Origin: Anthoceros angustus
Taxonomy: Eukaryota > Plantae > Anthocerotophyta
Assembly (NCBI GenBank): GCA_010909165.1
Contig: MU008159.1
Span: 1,116,001 to 1,180,000, forward strand
DNA length: 64,000 bases
Direction: 5' to 3'
This document shows, one piece after another, positions 1 through 12,194 of the stretch; the stretch's first letter is position 1, and each line of letters opens with the position of its first letter. A model generated the notes under the pieces. The model had not been told where the DNA came from and made no database searches. It saw only the letters and a list, made by a program, of their open reading frames with translations. The position numbers and the translations under genes are program-made.

Positions 1-13
1 ATGGTGGTGGAAT

Positions 14-86
14 GACCTTTAGCTAGAACAATTTGACAGGATCTTTCCCGTCACAGCTGGCTGTACTAACCAACTTGTTTAGTCTT
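14..86 (+). pseudogene. Relic plant extracellular LRR exon (disrupted)
   Basis: 27-86 translates as NNLTGSFPSQLAVLTNLFSL, the plant eLRR consensus LxxNxLxGxIPxxLxxLxxLxxL. The preceding GAC CTT T AGC TAG has a frameshift and a stop. It may be the tail of an upstream LRR-RLK pseudogene. Confidence 0.55.
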
Positions 87-1140
87 GAATGGATGTCTTT
101 CAAATTGTGCCTGGTTCTCCCATGGCAGCTTTCTCCCTTTCCCTCTCCAGTCTAATCACGCCATTCGTTTCTCTTCAATATTTGTAGGGTTCGGAATCTG
201 AAAGCAAAGTCCTTGAGCCGAGATTGCACTGGATGCTGCCAAAGGCATGAAGACAAGTTGTCACTACGTGGGTAATCAAGGAGCTAAACGGCCTCAGTCA
301 CCTGCCTGCCTTGTGACAAGCGAATGTAACAAATTGCTATTGAGCAACTTTGTCAGCCTTCCAACAGGCACCTGCCACCCGATACCGACCGGTGCCCAAG
401 CGGCTCTCGGAGGAGAGGAGTCATCACGTCGGAAGGCACGATGCGTCCTGTACCAAGACCCTGTACGGCACCCGTTCCGGGCCCCACCAGTGGGCCCGAC
501 GCGGATTCCGATGCCCGCCTTCCTGTTATCCTCGGACGTCAGCAATGCCACTTCTCCCGCCAACATCCGTATTGAAGCCCAGCCTCCACCTCGCTATGGA
601 AATGCCTCCCAAATCTTCTCCGCTTCGCGAAAGTCTGCAGCCGGCTGCCAGGCGAAGGTGGATGTCTTCGAACCCAGGATTTCCTGCGGAGTACGGACCA
701 CTGGTTTATGGGCCATGCCTACTGCCAGCTTGCCCAAGTGAGCAAGACAGGCAGCAGGCTTCACTGAGAAGCATCCGGCTCCACTATTATTGGCAACCCG
801 CTGCGAGGGAGACCCAGTCGCCCCAATCCCCTGGCTGGTGAATTGGCCGGGCCTGTACGCCTCACACATGCGGCTGCCCGAAGCTGTCTAAAATTTCCCT
901 CCCGCACGTTTATCTGGATTCCGCAAAGGGTGGATGGGCTGTATCCCGCACACAGCGCAGGCTACTGTCCGTGGCTGTCCAAGGCCCGGCCAGTGCGGGG
1001 CCGAGCGATCCAGACTCGAAGCCACCCCCAGGCATTTTCGTCCTCGCAGAGTCTCGGACTCGTGAGGCGCGGAAGGGGGATCGATGGGCCAAGGCGGACT
1101 TGGATGGAAATTTCGTGAAAGTAGGAACAGATGGGCAGCA

Positions 1141-4100
1141 ATGCGCTTGTGGGTGCAGCTGGGGATCTTGCTGCATTTCTGTGTGGGGTATGTGTGGGCG
1201 CAGGGGGCAGGATTTGTCAGTGTGGATTGCGGGGCAGGGGCGGCCACTTCCTATTCAGACCCTGTGACGGGGATCATATGGCAGGGAGACACATTGTCCG
1301 TGCTGCCGGACCAGAGGGCTGGCAGCTCCATTGTCAAGGGCGTCTCGGCGGCGCAGGAGATGGCGTCGCTGAGATACTTCCCACCAGGAATCACGCCTGC
1401 CAAAAATTGTTATGTTTTGCCTGTGATGGCAGGCGCTCTGTATCTCGTCCGAGCGGGCTTCCTTTACGGTAACTACGATTCTCAGCAGTCATCCGCTGTC
1501 AGCTTTCAGGTGCATATCCTGCTATCCATTTGCTTGCCTTCGGTTGATGTGGTGGACAGGCTTAAAACTTGTGCTGCATTTCGATTCCACATCCAGTGGT
1601 GGGTGGTGGGATTGGATCGCTGATCCGCAGCTGCCCGCAGATTGCAGTGCAGAGCACCGTGTGGCAGATTGTGACGATTGACGGTCGAAGCACCAGTCCC
1701 GTCTTCTTCGAGGCCATCGTTCCGTCGTTGCAATCCACGCAATTGAGCGTCTGCTTGGTGAGGACGTACGCCAGCAGCACCCCCTTCATCAATACCTTGG
1801 AATTGAGGCCCATTAGCTCGGGCACGTACCAGTCTTACGCTCCCACGAAAAACGAGGACTATGGCAGGAATGTGAACTTCTACCTTGTGTACAGAGTCAA
1901 CTTTGGGGAGCGGTTGCGAACTGTGAGGTTGTTTCTGCATCTTCCTGTCCTAGTGCAGTCCGACGCCACTCAGGGAAATGCTTCGGACTTACACTTTGCC
2001 CGCATGTTGCCTACAGATACCCAGAAGACCCATCCGACCGTATCTGGCCTCCTTATTCGGAAGTGTATCCAGAGCTGCTGGATTCGGTGATTGATATTTC
2101 AACCACGAGTAACATCACGAATAGCGGGTTGTACATGCGAGACAGCCCTCCTGTGGCAGTGATGCAGACTGCCATAACAGCTTCCTCTTTCACCTACACA
2201 TACTTCAGGGGATTAACAATAAAAGACATTTATTCCATCCAATCTTTCGTGGCTGAAGTGAATGGAACCCTGCCACCGGGTGCCAGGTCAGTTGATCGCT
2301 GTCTTGTTCTTCCACCACAGCTATGATATCTGCTGCCCAGGACTGCAAGTGGGCTCACCCTGTGCATTCTGCCATGTCAACTGCAGCCGGAAGATATCGG
2401 TAGAACGTAGTTACTACGAACCAGGGACCTTCTTCCATATCAACCTAACGGCAGAGGTACCCCTTTTCTGGACGTACCAGTTTGGAAGTGCGAATCGAAG
2501 TCTGTCACCGGCTTCAGTGACCACAACTCTCAGTCGGGACGTCGGTTCTACTTTGGACCCGTTACTCAATGCTGAGGAGGTGTATGAGGTTCAGACCTGC
2601 GACCCCGGCACCAATAGTGACGATGGTATGCTTCTCAGCCAGAACTCCCCTTCCAAGTGTACCGAGAACCCGCAAGCTCAGAGAAATGACTCAACTGATG
2701 TGCAGTGGGAGCCATAAACAGCATGAAGGAGGCAGGGATCAATCTAGACCAGTGGACAGGGGATCCCTGCTTGCCCGTTCCCTGGGATGAGCTCCAGTGC
2801 AAAGGCGGGAGTGTGACGTCCTTGTAAGCTTGTCTGCGTCACTTGCCCACTTCCTGCTTACACAGTGTGGCACAATGGTCGGCTAACACTGCCCTGACAG
2901 GGATGTGTCTGGCAAGAGCCTGAGCGGTGTGATTCCAGCAACAGCCATTGGAGGCCTGACCTCACTTACAAGCCTGTGAGTTGCTTTCAGCCTGCTTCGG
3001 CTGTTGATGACGGCAAAGAGAGATAGATGGTCACCTTTTGCTGACACTACTGTGGTTTACCTGGTTTTGGGCCGTTTGCAGTGACTTGAGTAGCAATTCG
3101 TTCACAGGACCTTTTCCAGATCTTCAGGGTTTGAAGACCTTGTATTCTCTGTAAGGATGCTCTTTGGTGCACTGTTTTGTTCGTCAAACGGCTGGAGGCT
3201 AGGAAGCGAGTGCGAACAGCGTTCACACGTGAATCGTCTTTTAAATAACGGGTTCCTGGCAGGAATGTGTCAAACAACATGTTGTCAGGCCCCTTTCCTC
3301 TGTGGATACAGACATCGCTGCTTCAATCACTGTAAGTGTGTGCTAACGTTTAGAGTGTTCTGGAGTTCCAGGAAGTGCTGACCAGCACTGCTTTCTGATG
3401 GGTTTCCGACCTTGCAGGGATATATCCAATAACCAGCTAAATGGAACATTCCCTGCGTCTGTTATCAGTTCTCTCGGGTCACAATTCAGGTTTTACACGG
3501 TTCATCGTGTTCCTAATTTGCATTCAGCTGTCCTGCAATTCAGAAATGGCAGCAATGTATCAATGAGGGCCACTTGGCTCCTTGCTGTGGCATTTCATCA
3601 TTTGGCAGGTACACGGGGAACCCTGATCTTCTTTGTGTAGCGTCTGACAACTTCGTATGCCCTGTTTCACCATCGCCACCATATCCTCCGCCATATCCTC
3701 CACCATCTCCGGTTCCGAAATCGTCTGGGGGCAAGAAATCAAATATCATCTCTATTGTAGCTGGTGTGATTGGTGGTATCCTGGTGCTTGTTCTGGTAGT
3801 CAGTGCATGTTTGCTTTGGTACTGCTGTTGCGGGAGTCGAACCACTCCGACTGGATCACCAGGTTAGCCCGATCACCATTCTGATGTGGATGCATTTTTT
3901 TCAGCTCATTTTCCATGCGCCATCATATAGTTGCACTCTCAGGAGAAACGGTTGTAAGCATCTTGTGACTCAGGGGAGCTATGTCTGGCATCCCTACTCC
4001 TCGTGTTCACAGATGAACCAGCAGAAGCATCTGGTCAAGCGAAACCATTTTCCATTGGCAGCAGAGGAAAAGCTCAACATTTTCCATTCCAAGCTCTCAA

Positions 4101-5549
4101 GGTGGCCACTCAAAACTTCTCTAGCGAGCTTGGGAAAGGTGGCTTCGGCCCGGTCTACTATGGGATATTGCCTGATAACAGGGAAGTTGCTGTGAAGAGG
4201 ATGGAACACGGTAATACTCAGGGTTACACGGAGTTCGCAAATGAGGTAGTTGGAAGCACGCTGCTATGGCTTGATTTTAAGATTGACAGGTGTAGCAAAC
4301 TGGATGCGGCTTGTGACTGGGAAACATGGTTTCCATCTTCCAGATCGACCTTCTCTCGACTATTCATCACAAGAATCTGGTCTCCCTTGTCGGGTACTGC
4401 CAGGAAGCGAACGAGCTTATTTTGCTGTATGAGTATATGCCCGGAGGTGATCTGCGAAATCGTCTCCTTGGTAATGCGCACCACTCTTAACATAGTTACC
4501 AGATAGGTAATGGTGCTTGGAAGTACTCCTTGCCTGAGCAAAGTGTGACCAGTACTGATTCTGAAATCGTGTGGAAAGCAGCTGAAACGAGGGGTCCTAA
4601 CGTTCTCAGCTGGCAACAGAGAGTAGAAATTGCGCTGGATGCTGCACGAGGTAGGTACATGAAGGTGTAACGATTTGCGATCATGCTTGTCTCATGAGAG
4701 AACCTGACTCCGTGGACACTTATGCTATCAGGTTTAGAGTATCTACATCAAGGATGTAGTCCAGCCATTATCCATCGAGATGTGAAGAGCAGCAACATTC
4801 TTTTGGACACGCAATTGCGTGCCAGAGTGGCTGATTTTGGAATGTCCAAGTGGACACCTGAATCAGGGCAAAAGTCTACGCTGGTCAGAGGGACTCCTGG
4901 ATATCTAGACCCTGAGTACGAAGCTAATGCTATGGTTCTGTTCTCTCTGCAGCTGATCCACCTTTCGTTCACAATCAGAGTCACTCGTGGCCATCGTTCT
5001 TCTTGTCCAGATATAACAGGACCGGTGTTCCCACTGTCAAGACTGATGTCTACAGTTTTGGAGTTGTTCTCCTTGAGCTCCTGAGTGGGCAGCCTCCTTT
5101 CTCATCAGAAAGCTCTGGTATACCTTTGGAGGAGCGTTCTATTGTTGACCGGGTGGGTGTGATGCTGCGTCCATCTCTAACTTCGCTCAAGTTTGCTGCG
5201 GTGCCAAAAGGACTGACTCAGGTCTCTAACCTTCTGCTTGAAACAGGCGAAGCTGGCCATGAACACTGGCAACCTGCTCAAAATATTGGATTCGGATCCT
5301 GCCTTCCGAGAAGAATGTCAAGTGGAGTCAGGCTGGAAGGTGCTTGAACTTGCCATGAGCTGTGTGCAGACGAACGGCCCGGAGAGACCTGACATGAGAA
5401 ATGTTGTAAGCGGTCTACGGGAGGCGTTGCGCCTGGCATCCAGAGGTCGAGGAAGCTGGCCAAACTCATCTGTTGCCTCGGATTCGTCAGGGGGCTTCCC
5501 AATGCCTTCCCATATCTACCACGAATCTGGACCTCGCGTAGGACGGTGA
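1141..5549 (+). CDS. Malectin-like domain LRR receptor-like kinase (LRR-I / IOS1-SYMRK-type architecture), multi-exon
   Basis: Signal peptide [21 protein letters not shown]. Malectin-like motifs [39 protein letters not shown] and [21 protein letters not shown] linker, four single-LRR exons, Pro-rich stalk [14 protein letters not shown] followed by WYCCC. Kinase motifs [36 protein letters not shown]. The junctions I checked are in-frame GT-AG. Confidence 0.93.
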
Positions 5550-5880
5550 TACTCCCACCTTCCGGCAGCTCTCCAGCAATGTAATACCCTCTTCATACTC
5601 ACGCACAAAGATCTGCTAATATCGTGATTCGTTCTATGGAAGTTGTACTGCTGTTTGATGTGGCTTTGGCTAGCTCTGCAACAGCGTGGCACAGTTGAGT
5701 GCCTAGTGTTACAAAACTTGAGTACCGTAGGAGGCCATAGTTTTGGTGAGAAACCATGGTCGTGCTTAGGAGTCCAACATCTGGTGTTCGTTGAGTTGTG
5801 ATGAGTCCTTCAAAAAATTAGCCGAAGATTGAGCGTCATCTGTTCCACATGGTGGAATTGGAGCGTTAGGCATTAAGAAA

Positions 5881-6027
5881 TGCAGCGTCCGGTGTGTGTT
5901 GGCGTGATGCAGCGTCCGGTGCGTGTCGGCGTGATGCAGCGTCCGGTGTGTGTCGGCGTGATGTAGCGTCCGGTGTGTGTCGGCGTGATGCAGCGTCCGG
6001 TGTGTGTCGGCGTGATGCGGCGCCGGT
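5881..6027. repeat. 27-bp minisatellite (TGCAGCGTCCGGTGTGTGTCGGCGTGA), 5 copies plus a partial
   Basis: Direct tandem copies start at 5881, 5908, 5935, 5962 and 5989. Confidence 0.95.
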
Positions 6028-6239
6028 CTCTGTTAGCCATAACTATCGAGAGCCGAACGTTTGTGTGTTACAGCGATAACAATCGAGAGCAAAACAGACG
6101 TGAATAAAAGTGCAAAAGAGCTGACCTTATATGAAAATTTTGGCTTAGTTATATACATTGACTACCACACTACCTATTCATAATAATTTATCTTATTGGT
6201 CACTAGGTTAAATAGGTAAGTTTTAGTATATGAGCATTT

Positions 6240-6905
6240 GAGCCAATCAGTGTTATCAAATTATTGCCACTTACTATTAAAGCTTACAAGAATATCACAA
6301 GAACCAATCCCTTATACAGCTCTAGCCTTATTCTTATTCTATGAGCTTATGAGAGCATTACTAGATCTATCCCAACCAATATTACTAACTTGTTGTCACT
6401 TATTCTTCCTTCCTTCGAGCTTATGAGAGCATCACCTGAACTAGTTCCTTCTACAGATATGCCCATTTTGTTCTTCAAAGCCTGTAAAAGCATCACTAGA
6501 ACTAGCCTCTTCTGCAGTTCTAACCTTATTCTTAAAGCTTATGAGAGCACAACTAGAACTAGCCTCTTCTACAACTCTAACCTTATTCTTAAAGCTTATC
6601 AAAGCATCACTAGATCTATGCCAACCACTATTATCAAATTGTTGGCAATTATTCTTAAAGCTTAGAGCCTATGAGGCCAACTGAACCAGAACTAGCCTCT
6701 TATGCAATTGTAACCTTATTCTTAAAGCTTATGATAGCATTACTAGTCTATGCCAACCAATATTACCAAATTGTGGGCACTTATTCTTAAAGCCTGTAAG
6801 AGCATCACCAGAACCAACCTCTTTTGCAGCTCTAGCCCTTTTCTTATTATTAGAGCTTATGAGAGTATTGATACAACTAGCCTCCTGTGCAGCTCTAACC
6901 TTATT
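6240..6905. repeat. Degenerate 57-bp tandem array within the Copia gag 3' region
   Basis: TAACCTTATTCTTAAAGCTTATGAGAGC-type units recur, for example at 6521 and 6578 (spacing 57). They are interspersed with CTAGATCTATGCCAACCAATATT variants. Confidence 0.8.
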
Positions 6906-8047
6906 TTCAAAACATAAGAAATCATGTGATTCGTTAGAAGTAGCCCCTTCCGCAGCTGTAATAGAAATCTTATTGAACGAAAACTTAAAGCAATCACAAG
7001 AACGTGATAGTGCTTCAAAAATATAAAAAATCTGCATATCAAGGGATATCTCCTGACCAACTGTCTTTAAATCATAAATAATATGGCAAAACTCATCAAT
7101 AAACTTCTTAATTGATTGCAAATGAAACATCTGAAATTGAACAAGCCGCGAAAATTCAAACTCGAGACTCTGTCAATGTTCTAAACTTTGCCACTCAAAA
7201 GTAGGCTGTATAGTTGCCCAAACCCCAGCAACAAACTTCTTTTCAAATATCTAACTGATACAATGGTGAACCTACAATTTGGATCAAATATTGTAGGTTC
7301 ACAAATTTTGGCTGAACCTACAAATTTTATTTGTAGGTTCAGCCAAAAAACAAATATGATCAAATTGTATCAGTGCAAACCTAAATAATATCCTAAAACT
7401 TTAAGTGTTCAACCAACACTTGAAAAAACCTTAAAAACCAATCCTCCCAGAGCACACTTCTTAGACATATCACAAAATGCGGGATAGAAGACCTGGTAAA
7501 TCTCAAAAGGAGAATCCCCGTGCTATATATATATATTAGGCATACCCTACAAACCCTCCAAACCCTAGTATTCTAGAAACCTTCTCATTTAACACAACCA
7601 ACATAAAGTTTAAATGTATCTTAGAAACATTAGCATCCGATACCATGTTACAATATCTAAGTTAGTCTTAAGTAAATTCGAATCACAAAAAGAGATTTAT
7701 AGCAAGAGCAATAACAAATATCATAGTAAGCCACTAAGCTCGCAAGAAAGGATACAACGAACTTAATCTTTAGAGGTCTTTATAAAGTGGAGAGAGCTAC
7801 CCTAACTAGGAATCTAATTCTGCTTAGCATCGACTTGAAAACTATACAACATAGAACAATATCATGTAATTGTAAATATAGATCCTCATATAATAGAATG
7901 TATCTAGAGTACAAATCCCAGAATCATTGTATCATAAAGCCCTTCAGGCCCCATAAGCTTTGATGTAAACTGAGTTCTCGAATTTCATGGAACCGACTCA
8001 TACTCAGCCTTTCTAGACTAAGGTTGTAGTGTCTTATTAATATTACA
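6240..8047 (-). mobile_element. Truncated Ty1/Copia LTR retrotransposon (5' LTR, PBS, gag remnant)
   Basis: On the minus strand a TGTAAT...TGTAACA segment (8047-7646) is followed directly by TGGTATCGGATGC, resembling the tRNA-iMet PBS TGGTATCAGAGC. ORF 7130-6729 (FIDEFCHIIYDLKTVGQEISLDMQIFYIFEALSRS) resembles the Copia gag (Retrotran_gag_2/UBN2) core. No pol is seen. Confidence 0.7.
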
Positions 8048-9989
8048 AGAGCAAAGTGTCTTCTCATCCCTTTCATCTGAAGAATATGTACATACTATCA
8101 ATCTAACTCGTTTTTAGCAACTTAGATTTTGGATGACAAATGTGCACTAACTCATTTTTAGCAATCTAGATTTTGAACAACAAATGTGCTATGTTGTACT
8201 CTTATAGTTTTTTTTTTCCAATCCTATATAAAAACACAAATAAGAAGTACAAATAGTATGCATAACAAAAAGAATATTTACTTAAATATCAACCCTACAT
8301 TCAAAAACAATTTTATGTAACAAGAAAAAAACAAAGCCAATTCTGTAATTTACGAGGTATTGTGAAAAGTTGTTCTCGCTTTTGGGTAAAGCAAACACAT
8401 CCCTTCACTTTGTTCTCTCTTTAGGGTAAAGCAAACACATCCCTTTACTAATACATCACAAATCTACGACACGGCCCGGCATCGCTGTTCAAGCTTTCTC
8501 ATCACTTTGTAAAGTAGTCTTGTACTACCTAACTTGGGATCTTTAATGATGATGCAGCTAGGCGGTTGGCAAGAGCTCTTCGGTCTTGATCTTCAGGCAC
8601 AGCTAGCACAAGGAGGAATAGGTGCATGAGAATGCAACTACCCAATGCAACTAATGCTCACACATGTGCCAATTTGACAACACCACTTGTAAACCAAACA
8701 CTCCTTCCAACGAGCTCATTGGTAGAAGATATGTATGAGGCAGGGAGATGAGAAAACTTCACACATTGATAAAACGTGATGAGAGGCTTCAACTCACACC
8801 AACGTGAGGAAGAAGAGCTGGCTAGTACTCTCCTCTTGACCAACATTCGCAACCCCTGGTTTTATGGTGCAGCTTCAGTGGGAGCATCATGGCTTGCTTG
8901 GATCACGAGGCTGATCCCTCCCATCAATCTTATCTTTCCTGAAAATCCCATATCATGAGGCGCACCAGTTGTATCGGGAGGAAGAAGAATCCTTTCCACG
9001 GAAAGAGAAAAATTCTTTCCGTTGTCCTCGTAGGTTTTTGAGACGACCTCAACTTGGAGTATCCTTCAATAGGAATAATAAAAGTACATTTGTAAAATGC
9101 TTACAATTCAGGGGAGAAATATTGCGTGTACAGGCGCCTCCCCCTATTCGATGTTCTGGCGGACTGCAGCGCACTTCTTCTGAAATAACTGCGTAGTGGG
9201 AGAACCTATTTCCGAAGGGGTGCTCCGCAACCTGTAATGTGTTGTGAAGAACAGGGGAGATGGCTTCTACCTTTCAAACGCACAAATTACAAACCCCAGG
9301 CCTGCGGAGGGTCCGGATGACTCACAGGAGGACGGGAAGAGCCACTGCGGAGTGTGCCGAGCAGCCATTTGTCTCCAGTTCTCAACCCGAATCCGTCAGC
9401 CAGGCCTCCGGATTCCACAATTCGCAACGCCCGCGAGCACCACAACCGTCCGGAGCACATACATCAAAGCGAACATCGTTGCTACGAGGGCAGGGAAGCT
9501 CCAGGCGGAAACACCTTGTAAGGAGCTGGGCAAGGGGGAAGAAAGCCAGGATAAGCAACCTGAGAGGAGCAGAGAAAGGAGCAAATCGTGTAGCATAGGA
9601 ACCTTGAAAATGCTAACAGGCTCCATAGCTCAACGCGAAGGCAGGGACGTCACGAGAGGCTAGTTCCTACCTCTGTCTCTGCCTCGGAGCGTGATAAGAC
9701 CAGGAGAGCGGATAAGCAGCCACATGTGGCCACCAACCAGGTCCATGTGTTCCAACCATTTGTTTGTGCGGAAGTGGTGAATAATCAAGCGCCATGGGCA
9801 GGCAACCTGCAACTTGCCTCTAATTCACCACCTCGTGTTCCCCGCCAGGGAACGCAGTGTGTCCCAAGCATATTTACACCTGACTGTAATTTTCCAGTAT
9901 GTTTGAGTAAAGAGAGCCGGTGGGAAACCCTAATCAGGGACACGGTTCCTCAGGCACACGCAAGCCAGCCATCAGTCCGTTCGATGCCG

Positions 9990-10910
9990 ATGGAGGCTGC
10001 TGTTGCTGAATCTCTGCTCTGTCAGCAGCTTTTGGACTGCAAGCTGCGTGTAAGCGAGAGGTTTCGAGCGCTCTTCTGTCTGCGGAATCGAAGGAGTTCT
10101 GAAGCCAGGGATGCCCTAATTCAAGCCTTGAGGGATTCTTCCAAGTTGCTAGCGCACGAGGCAGCTTTTGCTCTGGGGCAGATGCAGGATGAGACAGCCA
10201 TTCCAGCACTGAGAGAGGCGCTGCAGGATTGTGCCTCCTTTGATGCAATTGTCCGGCACGAGGCGGCAGAGGCGCTCGGGGCGATCGGGGCACCCGAATG
10301 TGTGGCTTTGCTGGAAGAAGCCCTGACCGGCGATCCTGATGTGGAAGTGAGGGAGACGTGCGAGCTGGCTTTGAGAAGGATACAGCAAAGTCGGCTCGGT
10401 AGTTCGGGTGAAGGAGAGGATGGTGCGGAAGTTTCACCCTTTCTGTCAGTCGACCCTGCGGCGCCAGCTCCCTCGACTTCGAGTGTGAGCGATCTGCAGG
10501 ATGTGCTGCTGGATGATGGGAGTGGCATGTATGAGCGGTACGCCGCACTGTTCGCTTTGAGGAACCGTGGGAGCCCGGAGGCTGTGAATGCAATTGTGGC
10601 TTCACTGGGGGCCAAAAGTGCTCTTTTGCGACACGAGGTGGCTTATGTGCTGGGACAGTTGCAGGATAAGTCAGCCACAGGTGCACTTGTGTCTGTCTTG
10701 AAGGACTCCACGGAACATCCCATGGTTCGTCATGAAGCAGCGGAAGCACTAGGTTCCATAGCCAATGAGCAGAGTGTCGCGCTGCTGAGGAGTTACCTGT
10801 TTGATCCAGAACAACTAGTCTCCCAAAGCTGTGAGGTGGCACTTGATATGCTGGAGCACGAGCTTCATGGTAAAGCTTTTGAGTATTTGTACCAGGTCAC
10901 ACCGAGTTAA
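9990..10910 (+). CDS. DOHH: Deoxyhypusine hydroxylase (HEAT-repeat di-iron enzyme), single coding exon
   Basis: [11 protein letters not shown], four His-Glu iron-ligand motifs (LAHEAA, VRHEAA, LRHEVA, VRHEAA), [31 protein letters not shown] and [13 protein letters not shown]. The start is ATG 9990 or 9984. Confidence 0.96.
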   Translation: MEAAVAESLLCQQLLDCKLRVSERFRALFCLRNRRSSEARDALIQALRDSSKLLAHEAAFALGQMQDETAIPALREALQDCASFDAIVRHEAAEALGAIGAPECVALLEEALTGDPDVEVRETCELALRRIQQSRLGSSGEGEDGAEVSPFLSVDPAAPAPSTSSVSDLQDVLLDDGSGMYERYAALFALRNRGSPEAVNAIVASLGAKSALLRHEVAYVLGQLQDKSATGALVSVLKDSTEHPMVRHEAAEALGSIANEQSVALLRSYLFDPEQLVSQSCEVALDMLEHELHGKAFEYLYQVTPS

Positions 10911-12194
10911 GACGATTAGGGTAGAGTGGATGTGTCTTTCACATGGCTGCTTTGATGCATGATCACATTGATCATCGACTTTCCATAGCAATGGAAGGAT
11001 TTTGGTTTTCCAACTGGTTGCTTGACTCTGCGCGAATCTGTTTCCCTGAGGATGCCTCCTGTAAATGCCTGATTGATCACCGATTTGGTCACCTCAGTGA
11101 GAAATACAGTGATCACTCTCCACAGTTACAGGGAGGCCCGAGTTGACGTTTGTTTTAGCAAGATTCTGGAGGAATTCACTCCTCCTTCCTCAGGCAAAGC
11201 CAACAGTCCAATCAAAGTGCTGAGATTTGTTGGCCCTCTAGAGATTTGGAAAGCGGAGAAGGTGGCATTTGGCCTGTCTTTTCCGTTTCTTACATACCAA
11301 CCCCAGTTTCCTTGCTGAACCCTCGCACACTGAAACCTCCTTGACCACAAGATGCCACCACCGACGTAGCGAGCCGCCTCCGTGTAAGCATCGGTCATCA
11401 AAGCTCGTGAAACAGTCGGAGCTTGTTCCGACTTCCACAACGCACCAGTATCTCGCCAATCTATTTTACGCGGAACTTTTTGCACAGGATAGTAGCCGAT
11501 TTATTTTACGTCTGACAAAGATTGGCAGCTTTTAGCTTCCGGAGGGCCTCTGTTTGGGAAAAGGACAAACCCATGCGAGAACAACGCCAATTTAGCGCCA
11601 ATCACGGTGGAAGAAGTGTAGGGCGATAGGCCTATGAGCAGGCTGTCACACAGGACGTGCTCCGAAATGGTTTATCAACAGCCGCCGCCGACGCCTACAA
11701 TCATGGACACATTTTGGCAGGCTACGATCCGTTCCCCGGAACTGCCTCCTTCACCTCCATATTTGGTGCTATCTGCGAGTAGAACCTGCAGGCTGTCCCC
11801 TAATTTTGGCTCGGTGTTGTGGTGGCCAACAGCAGCATGCACGAACTTCCCGCTCACTTCAATGCAAAGCCTTCCCATCTCCCCATCAGTGAAGTCTGGA
11901 AGTCGTGTAGGTGAAACGCCTTCAGAACTTCCGGAAGACTTGCTGCCTTCTTGTTTCTCTTCAACTCCTCCGGGGAGCCGGCTTTGGTCCCCGCGCTCGC
12001 AAGGACCTTCCACTGGATAGAAACATTTTGCGACACAATCCGAGCTCTGAGAAGGGGTGGTTCTCAAATCTATAAACCGTTGGGGACGCTGAGCCTGGCA
12101 TGCGAGCCTGACTTGCTGCTCGGCATGTGGTCTTAGTTCCTGCTGCCCAATTCATGGAAGGATTGATCCTGGTTGACGGCTAAGGAACTTAGCT

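Noticed and set aside
247-1118. Several 90-165 aa ORFs upstream of the first kinase
   Set aside because: They overlap in multiple frames with no domain signal, and are probably GC-rich promoter or UTR sequence.
9726-9989. N-terminal extension of DOHH in the 394-aa ORF
   Set aside because: It begins at a GTG and has no DOHH similarity. The conserved protein starts at ATG 9984 or 9990.
9934-10842. 302-aa antisense ORF over DOHH, and similar antisense ORFs over the PPR, extensin and kinase genes
   Set aside because: These are shadow ORFs produced by GC-rich or repetitive sense-strand codons, with no recognisable domains.
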